This document shows, piece after piece, positions 38,018 to 50,731 of a stretch of 64,000 nucleotides of DNA. Both the position numbers and the translations under genes were made by a program. The first letter of the stretch is position 1, and every line of letters begins with the position of its first letter. Origin of the DNA: Octopus bimaculoides (lineage: Eukaryota); contig NC_069007.1 of NCBI RefSeq assembly GCF_001194135.2, positions 1,662,126-1,726,125 on the forward strand, in the 5' to 3' direction. Under the pieces are notes generated by a model. It was not told the DNA's origin, made no database searches, and saw nothing but the letters and a program-made list of their open reading frames with translations.

Positions 38018-39565
38018 CTCCTTGCGCAGTTGACGTTCAGCAGGTATGAGCTGCAACTGCGAAATTTTCACATCTTTTTCTTTTTTTGTTGGATGGCATG
38101 GTTGATTACCGTTTGTCAGACGCGTCCTTTACTTCTTCCACAAGTTTAATTTTTGCTAATACAGAGCATAGCATATGACATGTAGAATGTCACCAAGCCC
38201 TCACAGCACTTTACCAATTGTTCAAATATGTAAGTGGTGAGGTTTCCAATTGACATTCCATAGATGGTTACTGATGGGTAAAATGAAAACTTTCTCGGGA
38301 AAGCACTGGGTTTTGATGAAAATAAATCGGATGAGCCTCAGACCGGGGACCATCAATAATTAGGAATAGTCCCTGACACTACAATTAAAGGAATGATATC
38401 GCTGGATCCCGAAATATTCCAAAGATACCGAACTGGAATCAACGAAGTTGGTGTAACATGCGTGTAGATCGACGAGACTGTTTGGTACACAATTGTCTAA
38501 GACTCGTACATATTTGAAGTGTATATATGTGTCGAAGGGATGTTCACGAGTGTAGAAGAGGTTTAGATACGAGCTGAGTCCATTATGAAGTTTGTCCCCG
38601 TGCCTTCCTTCGGTTAGGAAGGGTAGCGAATTGATTGTTTCTCTGATGGACTAAGCACCTCCACCCAGCTTGTCTCCCCCTTGTAAACATAAGGACATAG
38701 GAATTGTGTGAAGGCCGACAGGAAACGGTGCAGCTTCCTAGGTCTAACTAACAGTATTATTATTCTATTGAGGGGACTATCACATTAAGTTGACAGCATA
38801 CAACTACTTCGTCATATCACTACTGCATAAATCTCTTTGAGAGATTTAGAAATGTATTATTTCTAAAAATGCAGTTGTTAATTCGGCTTTGAAATATGGC
38901 CGTTATTTGCGCGTTGTCCTCTTAACAAAGTCATTTTATTTAGAGATACTCCAGTGTACAAAGAATAAGAACCAGCTAGGTACTAGATGAGTGTGAAGTT
39001 CAAATACCGGGCACTCAGCTAAATAATGAGTAATAGATACGGGATGAAGGCACCACTTCCTCCTTCCAATTCGGTTACCTAAACAACGAACGAAAGCAGG
39101 GTTTAGTTAGCGAAACTTTACTCTCATTTAAGTAACAGCCACCTACACGTCCAATGTTTATAACAATGCACTGTGTTAAATAACATAACACATCCTGTGA
39201 GAATAGCGAGCAATGGCATTAATGAGCAATTACATTCCAAAACACAACCCACCGCCTTTTTGAGGAAACGTGAATCCAAGATCATACATCTAATGGATTT
39301 CTTATGTATACCCATAGTTGCATATGCATGAATAGATCTTGGAGAATGTTTTCTTATCCATCTTAACATGTATAATGTCACGCATCTGAATACAAGTTAA
39401 CTTGAAAGGGGGCGAGCTGCTGGTAGAACCGTTACTATGCTGGGCAAAACGCTTAGCAATATATATATATATATATATCTCCTGGCCTCTTGAAACGCTT
39501 CTACTCCAACCCACACTTTTCTTCGCCATCCAGCTCGATCCTTATGCCATCCTTAAACCTTTTTC

Positions 39566-39760
39566 GTTGGGCTCAAATCTCATTTGTGAACCCATGGAAA
39601 ACGAACGTCCAACAACTATTCTGCCTATATGTCCGTCCACACCGTTCAATGCAATGTATGCCAGAAGGTTTGCAAATCTAACGGATCCCTCAAAAGACAT
39701 TTTTAAGATCCACAAAGATCAGAACTTTTCTGCAGTTCTTGGTGGTCCAAATCAGAGGTG
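39566..39760 (+). pseudogene. Decayed double C2H2-like zinc-finger coding relic (RTE-type LINE C-terminus or ZNF pseudo-exon)
   Basis: One frame reads VGLKSHL*THGKR...QCNVCQKVCKSNGSLKRH, then a 1-base frameshift gives FKIHK. CxxC-x12-HxxxH spacing is restored by that shift. No TGEKP linker. Confidence 0.55.
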
Positions 39761-40301
39761 AAATTTATGTGGGTGTCTTTTCAAAACATTATGTAGTTTA
39801 AAAAGCCACATCAGATGCCATTATTATTCTAAGGTGTAGGTACAGAAAGCGGTCAACAAACTCTGAATGAGGAGTAGCCAACCACCATATATATATATAT
39901 ATATATATANNNNNNNNNNNNNNNNNNNNNNNNNNNNNNNNNNNNNNNNNNNNNNNNNNNNNNNNNNNNNNNNNNNNNNNNNNNNNNNNNNNNNNNNNNN
40001 NNNNNNNNNNNNNNNNNNNNNNNNNNNNNNNNNNNNNNNNNNNNNNNNNNNNNNNNNNNNNNNNNNNNNNNNNNNNNNNNNNNNNNNNNNNNNNNNNNNN
40101 NNNNNNNNNNNNNNNNNNNNNNNNNNNNNNNNNNNNNNNNNNNNNNNNNNNNNNNNNNNNNNNNNNNNNNNNNNNNNNNNNNNNNNNNNNNNNNNNNNNN
40201 NNNNNNNNNNNNNNNNNNNNNNNNNNNNNNNNNNNNNNNNNNNNNNNNNNNNNNNNNNNNNNNNNNNNNNNNNNNNNNNNNNNNNNNNNNNNNNNNNNNN
40301 N

Positions 40302-40343
<42 letters not shown>

Positions 40344-42510
40344 GTTATTTTTATTTATTCTTCCCACGTAGATGTTCATAAAGTATGAATGGAGTTTTCT
40401 GAGGGTTTAGTATCGAATAACGTATTTCTCATTATACAACTTGTGCCTAAAATCACTGTCAGATCAAATACAGACACATGCAGCGTCAGAATTTCTTGTC
40501 TCGGTTCAAATAAGGGAAGCGGTATCTATCACTGAGGAGATACAATTAAGATGAAACACCGTTTCTGCACGTCTGTTGCATGTCATTTGGAGCTGAGTGT
40601 GTTTTTACATATAATAACATTATACAAAAATATATTCCTAACAAAATCCTGAAGTGAATACCATTCAGGTTCTCGTGTACATAAATGTGATAAAATTTAC
40701 GCAGACATCATTATTTGGGATCCGTGGTGCATCGCAGAGCTATAATGAATGTATGTATTTATGTGCTTACTCACACACACTCATACACACACGCACATAT
40801 TCATCCAACTCTGATAACCCTAGTGTAATTTGTCAGCGAGATTTTAGTTGTTTCTATACCAAGTTAATCAACCACGAAGACACTCTTGCGATATCGCAGT
40901 GTAAGTTGCAATAAAGCTTGAGCGAGATTTTAATGGTTTTACCTTTCCTCCGTGTATGTGGCTTTTGTCTGGTTTGGAAATAATTGGTATATATTACTTA
41001 TGTACACGTGCAGCTAATAACGACGGCAAATATGTTTATCTAACACAATTATATTAAACATGATAATAAAATAGACTTAAAAATATAGAAAACTGTTTAG
41101 TTTGAAATACAGAAATTTAAATATTCAAATAACCCTCGCATTAAGCAATCTTGAAATATTTGCGTTCAACAATATTGGAATATTTGCTTTAATGTTTGCA
41201 CGAATTGAAAATTTATCTATATATTTGCTGTGTAAACAAAGACATAATTCTGTTAAGTCTTGAGTTACGCCCCTTTACCTGATATAAACTACGTAGACAT
41301 TTAACATTTACTATAAGAGTGATTGATGACTGTGAATGGCAAAATGTGTGAGTGACAATGTCATTCATTCATTATTTTCAGTGTATTAATACTGTTTTCA
41401 ATTTTCACTGGAGTAATCGTATTTTACTCTTCTGGAGTTAATAGAACAAAAGGATTCTGATAATATTACCTTAGAAACTTAGATAGGTCTAACAGTATTA
41501 TATAAAAGTGATGTTTATACAATTATGCTGGCATTAACTGGTTGCGTGATAATTCTCTTGCGGATCTTTCAAGTTTTATCTATTTAATCCAGTATAATTC
41601 TCAATTGGAAATTTATATATATGACCTCCTAGAAATTGCCGTCTCAAATCACTAAAACTAAGAGAGTACAAACCTCCGCCAAGGCACCACCAATGTCCTC
41701 TCAACGATTAGGCGGAGATGAATTTTAAAATGAGAATATCTGAAATAAATCGACTGCTCTCACAAACGAAAATATTAAAAATGAACCCGACCGCTCTCAA
41801 AAGTTAACTAAAAAAAAAGATAGAATAATCCTGAATTCTTATATATATATATATGTAACATAAAGGAAATATATTCTATCGTCACTAATAATATATATAA
41901 AATGTATGTACCCACACACAGGGCGTCTTTGACTTTTCGGCTACCAAATCCAGCAACAAGGTCTTATTTGATCGGGTGGTGGGGCAGAGTAAAAACTTTC
42001 GCCATTTTCCACACAAAAAAAGAGAAAACACACTGCTAGGAATCAAGTTTCTAAACCATGCGACGACATTAGAGGTGATTACCATTTTTTTTTTCTTTTA
42101 CATGTCCAAGAAATTGCTACTACTGAAAATGTATATGGAATTCAAATTATTTTGTCATTTCATTAATAATAAATGGTTGCAAAAAATGGCACTGATATCG
42201 GTGTGGGTGAGATGGTGTCGGTACGTTTTTTTTGTCTGAGAATCGCTATTCTCAGACAAGTTCTGTTTTGAAAAATGGGATGGAGCGCTTCTAATCACAG
42301 GTATGCTTCATCAGCGTTAACCTTACGCTGCTAACAACTGCTACTTGTTCTGTATGTATGTATGTGTGTATGTATGTATGTATGTGTGTGTGTGTGTATT
42401 CGTATAAATAATTACATATGCATATGTATGTAATATATATGCACACAATTAAATTTGTGTATTGATACATTTTTTATACACTAACATACAAACACACGTG
42501 TGTGTGTGTG

Positions 42511-42548
<38 letters not shown>

Positions 42549-42576
42549 TATATATATATATATCTATATATAAAAG

Positions 42577-42608
<32 letters not shown>

Positions 42609-43205
42609 TATATATATATATATATATATATTCCATTTATATTGTATAGTCTTTTTTGTTCCTTAACATCGATTTCTATTTCGAATCTTTTGTATTATTT
42701 ATGGCTGAAATTTATTTTTATGTTTTCCTTTTATTGTTATTTACTAAATTCATCGCTTCATGAAATAATGAAATAATGCGTTGCAAGTTTTATTTTAAAA
42801 GATTATCAAATTATGAGAAGTAAAAAAAATAAAATAAATATACATACATATATTTTAAAATTTTGACAATTCTATATTTCTCATGAAAGAAAATATAAAA
42901 TAAAAAGCAACAACAAAAGAAATAAGAGAATCACACATTTACGCGTAGGAAGAACATTTTTTCACACACATACGCAGATACATGCATAGTCTCCAGACAC
43001 ACACACAAATTATTATTATCCAGCTATATATTTTTTACTCACACATTGTATTAAACACACAGGAGTATATGAAACTATGTAGGAGAGAGCAGAGAGAGGT
43101 GTTTCAAAATGAATGTGTAATTTTGTTAAAAGTATGTTATTATTGAAAATACAGTTAAATACCTTACGCATAATTCTTTATTTTCTAAATCATGCACCTA
43201 TATAA

Positions 43206-43261
<56 letters not shown>

Positions 43262-43957
43262 ACATACATGTCTGTTTGTGTGTACGTGAATGTGTTTGAT
43301 ACACTTGTATGTCGCCGCATGCTAACAGTTTGCGTGGATTTTGTATCTAAATATGTTAGCAAGTGTATAAATTTCAAACTGATAAATATAAATAAAATAC
43401 AACAGGCTCAGCATTTTTATAGAAAGATGGTAAGATAACGTAGTAATTTCTGATGTAATAAAGCTGAGACATAAAATATTGTATTACAATGAAAGGCAAT
43501 AAGAAACGAGAGCTATAATATATACATAGCACATTAACAGGTAAAAATAGTGTAGACAATAACTTATAGAGTGGTATATCTATAGATAGCAAGCGATGAG
43601 TACAATGGCAGGATAAACGTGGGCTTCTGTGAATGTGTTTCGCTTAAAACCACATACATATAGGGACGAACAAATAGTTACATAGAGACAAATACAGATC
43701 GATAGATCGATAGATAGATAGATAGGTAGATGTAATAGCGTTAAGGCTTTCGCATGTGATGTATTAAATTCTGTTTCCTCTGCAGTTATTTGGTTTCTGA
43801 GTATTGATCTTACATTAATGATCTTACGTTCAAGGTGGACGTTGTATTATATTTATCTCCAATAATATTCTAAGCGAAGTAAAATTATGTAGTGAATTAT
43901 GTAAGGTTGGTGAGCCCGCAAAAATTAAATATCTTGATATTATTGACGTTATGGGTG

Positions 43958-44050
<93 letters not shown>

Positions 44051-44134
44051 ATGGTATTATACAAATAACGTCACGAGCGACAAGCGAGATATATAGATAA
44101 AGAAATACGTATACATATTTCTTTTCTGTATATA

Positions 44135-44465
44135 GGCGTAGGAGCGGCTGTTTGGTAAGTAGCTTGCTCACCAACCACATGTTTCCAGTTCATTCCCACT
44201 GCGTGGAACCTTGAGCATGTGTCTTCTACTATAGCCTCGGGTCGACCAAAGTCTTGTGAGTGGATTTGGTAGACGGAAACTGAAAGAAGCTCGTTGTATA
44301 TATGTATATGTATGTCTGCGTTTGTCCCCCCAACATCGCTTGACGACCGATAGAATAAGTACTAGGCTTACGAAGAATAAGTCCTGGGGTCGATTTATTG
44401 GACTAAAGGCGGTACTCCAGCATGGACAGAGTCAAATGAGTGAAGCAAATAAAAGAGCAAAGAGA
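44135..44465 (+). mobile_element. Near full-length family B (CORE-like) SINE
   Basis: tRNA-like head GGCGTAGGAGCGGCTGTTTGGTAAG, CORE-like ACCTTGAGCATGTGTCTTCTACTATAGCCTCGGG, body GGATTTGGTAGACGGAAACTGAAAGAAG, tail GGCGGTACTCCAGCATGG. Confidence 0.85.
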
Positions 44466-44480
44466 GAAAAGAGAGATTCA

Positions 44481-45047
44481 GGATCTTTTTTAAAACGGGG
44501 GCCACATTTTTCATTAACGAAACATTTTGAAACTTGGAACACTGGTAGAATGTGTCATATAAAACATCTTTTTCTCTTAGTCTTCTTAAAAAAAAAAAGA
44601 AATCCATAAATTATTCCATGTTAAAGTTGTCGTATTTCTGTAATTTCAACCAATCACTGACGTCCATTCAGCCGATATACATTAAGTGCCGACTACATAA
44701 ACAAACGATTCTGAAACAATTAACCCTAACCCTAGGGTTAGAGTTAGGGTTAGGCTTAGGCTTAGGGTTAGGGTTAAAGCAAATTTAAAATGAAAAAAGC
44801 AAATAAAACGAAGAATCGTTTGTTTATGTAGTCGGCACTTAATGTATATCGGCTGAGTGGACGTCAGTGATTGGTTGAAATTATCGAAATAAGACAATTT
44901 TTTACATGAAATAAATTCGAATACAAAAATATTTTTCTGTTCTATAACACAAAATAGATAAGTATACGAAGATTGAAAGTCTTTCGGTACCAAAAACACT
45001 ACGTAAAACATTAATGAAAAATGTGGCCCCCGTTTTAAAAAAGATCC
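44481..45047. mobile_element. 567-bp non-autonomous TIR element (possibly Merlin-type MITE) with internal inverted repeats and telomeric core
   Basis: Perfect 37-bp TIRs (44481-44517 / 45011-45047) starting GG, an 8-bp TSD GAGATTCA (44473-44480 / 45048-45055), and 72-bp inner inverted repeats with 1 mismatch (44641-44712 / 44812-44883). Confidence 0.9.
44721..44776. repeat. Interstitial telomere-like tract, (CCCTAA)2 then (TTAGGG)n with TTAGAG and TTAGGC variants
   Basis: TAACCCTAACCCTAGGGTTAGAGTTAGGGTTAGGCTTAGGCTTAGGGTTAGGGTTA. Confidence 0.9.
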
Positions 45048-45991
45048 GAGATTCATACCTACAGAAATAGCGGCTTCTTAATATTGTTACGTTAGAGTAA
45101 GCTCCAACCTACGCCAACACTCACAGAGTATTCGCATCTTCAACATCCAAAACCAAAGAAAAGAATCCTTTTCTGCATATTCATGACTTTAATGTTCTTC
45201 TCGATGAAATAACGTTGAGATCAAACTTGTTTACGTATCATAGAATGGAAACAAAAAAATAAATTCGTTCAGATTTTATATTTACACTCGCTACAGCCTG
45301 AAGAAAGTTCTCTGCTTATATTATCATAGCAACACAACACATACATTCACATCCTTTCCTCAGACTATGCTGAATGTCAACGTTCTTGAAATGGCCGACA
45401 TTGACAAAACAATAAAATAGGCAATTTTTTTTTTTTTCCATTTCTGTCATATATTTTATTAATTTATATTTTTGTTTAACTCCGAGAAGGTAAATACCAT
45501 TAGGAATGATTAAAATATTATAAAAGACACAATTCATATCAAAATGGTGCATAAAATAATTATTTCAAATATTTATAATTCCTATAAATGTGTCACATTT
45601 TTTTTTTAGGAAGCTTACCTTATGTTTATTCTTACTTCCTTTAGTAATACATTCCGAGTTGAACACACTCGTAGCGAGCTGCAAACTGATGCGTATACAA
45701 TCTTTTGTAGGAGTGGAATACACACGCTGTACATGCACGTACGCACGCACCCCCCCACACACACACAGAGAAGCAAACAAAAAAACAGTCACACATATGT
45801 ATATACATATGAGCTGATAATTCTGCTCGTATTTATGCAGTGATTCCTGTTCTATGCCATCTTCCTGAAGTCAAAATATGAACGCTGAGGTCTTGGTTTT
45901 GAATTTCAGAAATATATGCAAAGTGTCCAGTGTAGATTTATTGTATGGTTTTTATGATAAACGTTTTTATGATAAAATTGATAAAAGAGTC

Positions 45992-46110
45992 GACGATTTA
46001 GAGTTTGCTGATGATCTACCGGTTCCTTGTGGAAGTAAATGACTTGTGTCGCGAGCTTACATAATTCACTAATTACAGTGAAAATGTAGGGAACAATTAA
46101 TGCTGTCGGA
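45992..46110 (+). pseudogene. Possible tiny non-LTR reverse transcriptase relic (FADD motif)
   Basis: DDLEFADDL at 45992-46018, with a weak downstream ENVG..IN match. Very short. Confidence 0.3.
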
Positions 46111-46898
46111 TATTTCTGGCTATTATAAGCAATGATAGTTGAGAATGGGATCCACCGTTCGCAGAGGCGCGGTCATTTTGCAGGAAACACAAATTATATC
46201 TCTGATTTATTTCATTACAATGTGAATTTTGGGAGAATGTTCCAGAATATACGATTATCACTGTAGATTACCTGGGATTTCACTTTAAAATACTCGATCT
46301 TTTAACATGTGTTGCTCTTATAATATTATCTAAATATACGACATAGTTTAATATTTGCCAATAAGCAAACGCGCCACTGTCAGAATTTTAGGTAATAATT
46401 AATCTTGTTCGAAGTCTTAAGACATCTTAAACTGTCTAAAAGAAGTAATGTGCGGAAAAGAAAAGAACATTGCCTTTTCTTGTGAGAACGATATCATTTT
46501 GTTTCCATACACATTGGTAAAAGAATTTTTGATTTGAAGTTATCAGATTGTTATGTATATCATGATTTTTAACTAATGTTCTTCTAATCATATTTAGTTG
46601 CCCTCGGTACGTTAGCAGTTGTTATATGTTATCTATCTTTCTCCTTTGGTCTACCAACCTTGTAAAACGCCCTTAAGGGTGAAGATTGTGAAGATACTTG
46701 AAACATATTCTGAGTAAGGAAATGAAGGGTTACAATAAACTCATGAAGATTGGCTATTTGAGATGCGGTATTATACAAGTTGTACCGATGATTCTCATAT
46801 ATCTCATTGACGATCTTATAATTTCTGTACTAAGGTAAAATATGGAAATATTCATTAATCGGATATATTTAACTACTTGAATGCTATGTTGTAGATTT

Positions 46899-47101
46899 AA
46901 GGCGGTGAGGTGACTGAATCAATAGCCCTTTGAACAAAATACTTCATGGCATTTCGTCCGTCTGTACGTCCTCATTTGAAATTGAAGTTTGCTTCTTATC
47001 ATTTTGGGGCCGATAAAATAATTACTAGTTGATCAGTGAAATGGATGAAAACGAATTACCTTTCCTCCAAACTCATTGGCGTTTGACCAAAATTTCAAAC
47101 C
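46899..47101 (+). mobile_element. Decayed family A SINE
   Basis: Head AAGGCGGTGAG, GGCATTTCGTCCGTC, core TTATCATTTTGGGGCCGATAAAATAA. Confidence 0.7.
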
Positions 47102-49383
47102 ATTTGGTTCTGTATATTTAAAACCGTTAGAACTACGTTTGCAGTTGACATGCGTTTGATGGAAGCTCCGTGGGAGACAGTAACCTTACTCTCTCTAAGA
47201 ATTGATACGTCAACAGCTCTCATATTTGTTCGTTGCCTTTAGAAGTCATTAACAGAGTCGAGGTTGTTGCAGGTATTTGAAATTGATAAATGATGTAAAC
47301 GAAAAGTTATCGTTTCACTCCATCAGACACAGAGACCCGGAACAGGTGATGGGTACAGCTACATCTTCTCTAAGAAAATTAAAAAAATTAAAAGACAGAC
47401 AAATGGTTCGATTCATGTAAACGGTAGTGAATGATAATCAGATCACGCAGTATTTGACTAAGTTACATATTGTTTATCCATGATACCATGAAATACTTCT
47501 GATACAAATTTGCGTGTAGCGTTTACATTGTTGATTTAATAATACGCAAGCATGAAAACTTATGCAGCACACAACAGAGGACGTTATATCAATTTGCATT
47601 GCCTATGTTGTCTTAATTTAATTTACTTGGCAAATTTACCATGATAGTGATTCCTACTAACATAAGCAAAATCTGCCATTTTATTACAAACGCTTCGAGA
47701 CGATATTTCGAGTATTATTTGACGTACAAACGTTAGATGCATGATAACGAAATTTAAAATAAAGTTCCCATGGGAAACATATACCTTGTTCATGGAAAGC
47801 GTCCCGCTATAGTGACGCATGCATATATGCATACCTTGACACAGGCAAATTAAATGCACATACACACACGCTTTAGATAGATAGATAGATAAATGAAATC
47901 AGCTAGCGAACCAAATATTTTAAAGTGAATTCCCGGGTAATCTACAATGACGACCGAATATGGTGGAGCATCTACAGAAATTTACATTTTTATGCAAGAA
48001 TTCAGAAATGAAAGTTGTATATCATCCAAAATCGCAACGCGTCGGCAACATAACATATACATCACCCGAACACAATTATAACATTGGGATACGAATGCAG
48101 GCAATGAACAACTATTTCTGCTAAGGAATCTACCAGCGGATACAATTCGTATCTATCATTGTTTTATAATAACCAGTTTATTTCATTTGTTAGCGATGCT
48201 AATTTCACCAGTAGCTCGTACATTTTTATGCAGGATAATGAACAAATACGTTTTATTTTCTCTTTATTACATTTCGAGAGTGTTTAGCATCTTAACCGTA
48301 AACAAAACGAATCGAATTTATAGATTTTTTTTTTTTCTGGCCATGGATTTCACAAATTTAGATAACGTTACACTAATAAACATTTTGCGTTTATAGACAT
48401 TTATCTACGCAGAAAAGTGTCCACTTGTCAACAATTGATGTCAACTTACCACCTTTCTCCTTCACGCTGCGTTTTCGTCACTCCACTTTGTCCCTCTTCA
48501 TGGGCGTTTTAAAAGCTGCTTATGTGTATGTGCACGTGTGTGTGTGTCTGTGTGTATTTACGAAATCTATACAGCACCGCATTTTCATCGCTATTGTCGA
48601 TTTCGAGCGTTATTCTCCACTTTTTGACCTCACATATTTGTAATTTCCTCATTTTTTTTTCTACTGAACCATATTTCAAATTTTGTAACTCAAAATGTAG
48701 CCGAGGAGGCGACCAATCAAAAAACGTATAGACATCATCAAATTTATATATATCATCAAACTTTGTACGAATCTATACCTCGTAGAATTCAAGCTGTAAC
48801 TACTGGCTGCCAAAGACGGTCCTACCCTATATCAAAATAAGTTTGTTTGAAATTTTAAGGTCTTGGCATCTTTTTGTTCAACCCCTCTTTNNNNNNNNNN
48901 NNNNNNNNNNNNNNNNNNNNNNNNNNNNNNNNNNNNNNNNNNNNNNNNNNNNNNNNNNNNNNNNNNNNNNNNNNNNNNNNNNNNNNNNNNNNNNNNNNNN
49001 NNNNNNNNNNNNNNNNNNNNNNNNNNNNNNNNNNNNNNNNNNNNNNNNNNNNNNNNNNNNNNNNNNNNNNNNNNNNNNNNNNNNNNNNNNNNNNNNNNNN
49101 NNNNNNNNNNNNNNNNNNNNNNNNNNNNNNNNNNNNNNNNNNNNNNNNNNNNNNNNNNNNNNNNNNNNNNNNNNNNNNNNNNNNNNNNNNNNNNNNNNNN
49201 NNNNNNNNNNNNNNNNNNNNNNNNNNNNNNNNNNNNNNNNNNNNNNNNNNNNNNNNNNNNNNNNNNNNNNNNNNNNNNNNNNNNNNNNNNNNNNNNNNNN
49301 NNNNNNNNNNNNNNNNNNNNNNNNNNNNNNNNNNNNNNNNNNNNNNNNNNNNNNNNNNNNNNNNNNNNNNNNNNNNNNNNNNN

Positions 49384-49428
<45 letters not shown>

Positions 49429-49448
49429 AGATATATTCCATACATACA

Positions 49449-49489
<41 letters not shown>

Positions 49490-49862
49490 TATATATATGG
49501 GAATATATAGACACACAGATATATACACCTACCCATATGGTTTAGAGGCACACTTGCACTCTTAGAAGAAAAGTAGTCACATGATTATAAAATACAGCCC
49601 TACTCCACCTGGTACACAACACCTATTTGAATACCTGATAACTCAATTAGGTGTTATAAATCACGACGCCTGTCTTTCTTTAATACCGTTTGGAATAAAG
49701 AAAACTAACACCATTCACTCAATAGGATAACGTGTATCTCGTAAATATAGAATATTGTCCTATGAGTTTTTAGTTTCATTTAATTTTCCAGCTATATCTT
49801 GCTCAGTTCACGTACTATCTCTTCATCTGCCTCTTTTCCACACTATCTCTGACTCTGTCGTA

Positions 49863-49903
<41 letters not shown>

Positions 49904-49913
49904 NNNNNNNNNN

Positions 49914-49954
<41 letters not shown>

Positions 49955-50479
49955 ATCTGTCTCCACCCCTCCTTCTCTTCTTTGCTCTTTTCTATATATG
50001 CTTCATCAATATATTCTAAATCTGACTTGTCATTTTTTGACATGTTTATATCAAGAGTTATTCTATATTTCATGCTATAAACTCAACGAAAATGCAATAC
50101 AAAACAAAAAACAACGAAGATTACAAAGAAGAGAACAAAGAAAAGAGGCAGAAAAAACGATGACGACAACAAGAATGATGGAATTTCTGATAGGGCACGA
50201 ACAAAGCATTTTCGAAGGGATAATCGATTACATTATACCTAGCCTTTCAATGGATTTCGTTTTATTAGACTTGAAGTAATGAAGGGCAAACTGAACGCGA
50301 TATAATTTGAACATGGAAACTAATGAGCCGTAACATCAAGAGGATGATTTTAATGATACTGATTATGATGCTGATCATGATCATGATGACGATGTATAAT
50401 GTTGATGATAATAATAATTCTTATCTAATTACTTAGATAAGAACTACCAGGCTAACGTTCTTTTGAAACGGTTCTTCTT

Positions 50480-50731
50480 CCTAAATGCTGATTCTGCGAC
50501 ACATTTGACGAAACAATAGACCATCTTGTCTCACGATGTCCTGTACTGGCAGCAAACGAATACAAATTTCGCCACGACAGGGTAGGACAGTATTTACAAT
50601 GGAAAATATGTAAGCACTACAAAATCAGCACTCCTGCTTACTGGTATGAAGATCATCCCAAGCCTGTCATTGAAGGTAAACATGTCACTATAATCTGGGA
50701 TTTTCAAGTCAACACCGACAGAACAACCTAA
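50480..50731 (+). pseudogene. R4/Dong-like non-LTR retrotransposon ORF fragment (CCHC knuckle and start of RLE endonuclease region)
   Basis: PKC*FCDTFDETIDHLVSRCPVLAANEYKFRHDRVGQYLQWKICKHYKISTPAYWYEDHPKPVIEGKHVTIIWDFQVNTDRTT*, matching CxxC..ETIDHxxSGC..LA..EY..RHD...IHW..C...WY.H.P..V.E....TILWD..I.TDR. One internal TGA. Confidence 0.85.

Noticed and set aside
38460-38620. Plus-strand CV*IDET..VEGMF..FVPVP as a second Merlin relic
   Set aside because: The KRKYxRGR block that should follow IDE is absent; the match is too weak and conflicts with the minus-strand frame.
42232-42259. 12-bp perfect hairpin TTGTCTGAGAAT-cgct-ATTCTCAGACAA as a Helitron 3' end
   Set aside because: Not GC-rich, no CTRR terminus downstream, single occurrence.
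44721-44776. Chromosome end or telomere-fusion scar
   Set aside because: The tract is only 56 bp, lies inside a TIR element with a TSD, and has the opposite orientation to a fusion.
47243-47272. 30-nt microexon (AG|...CAG|GTATTT, reading VINRVEVVA)
   Set aside because: Non-optimal donor, no supporting neighbouring exons; expected by chance.
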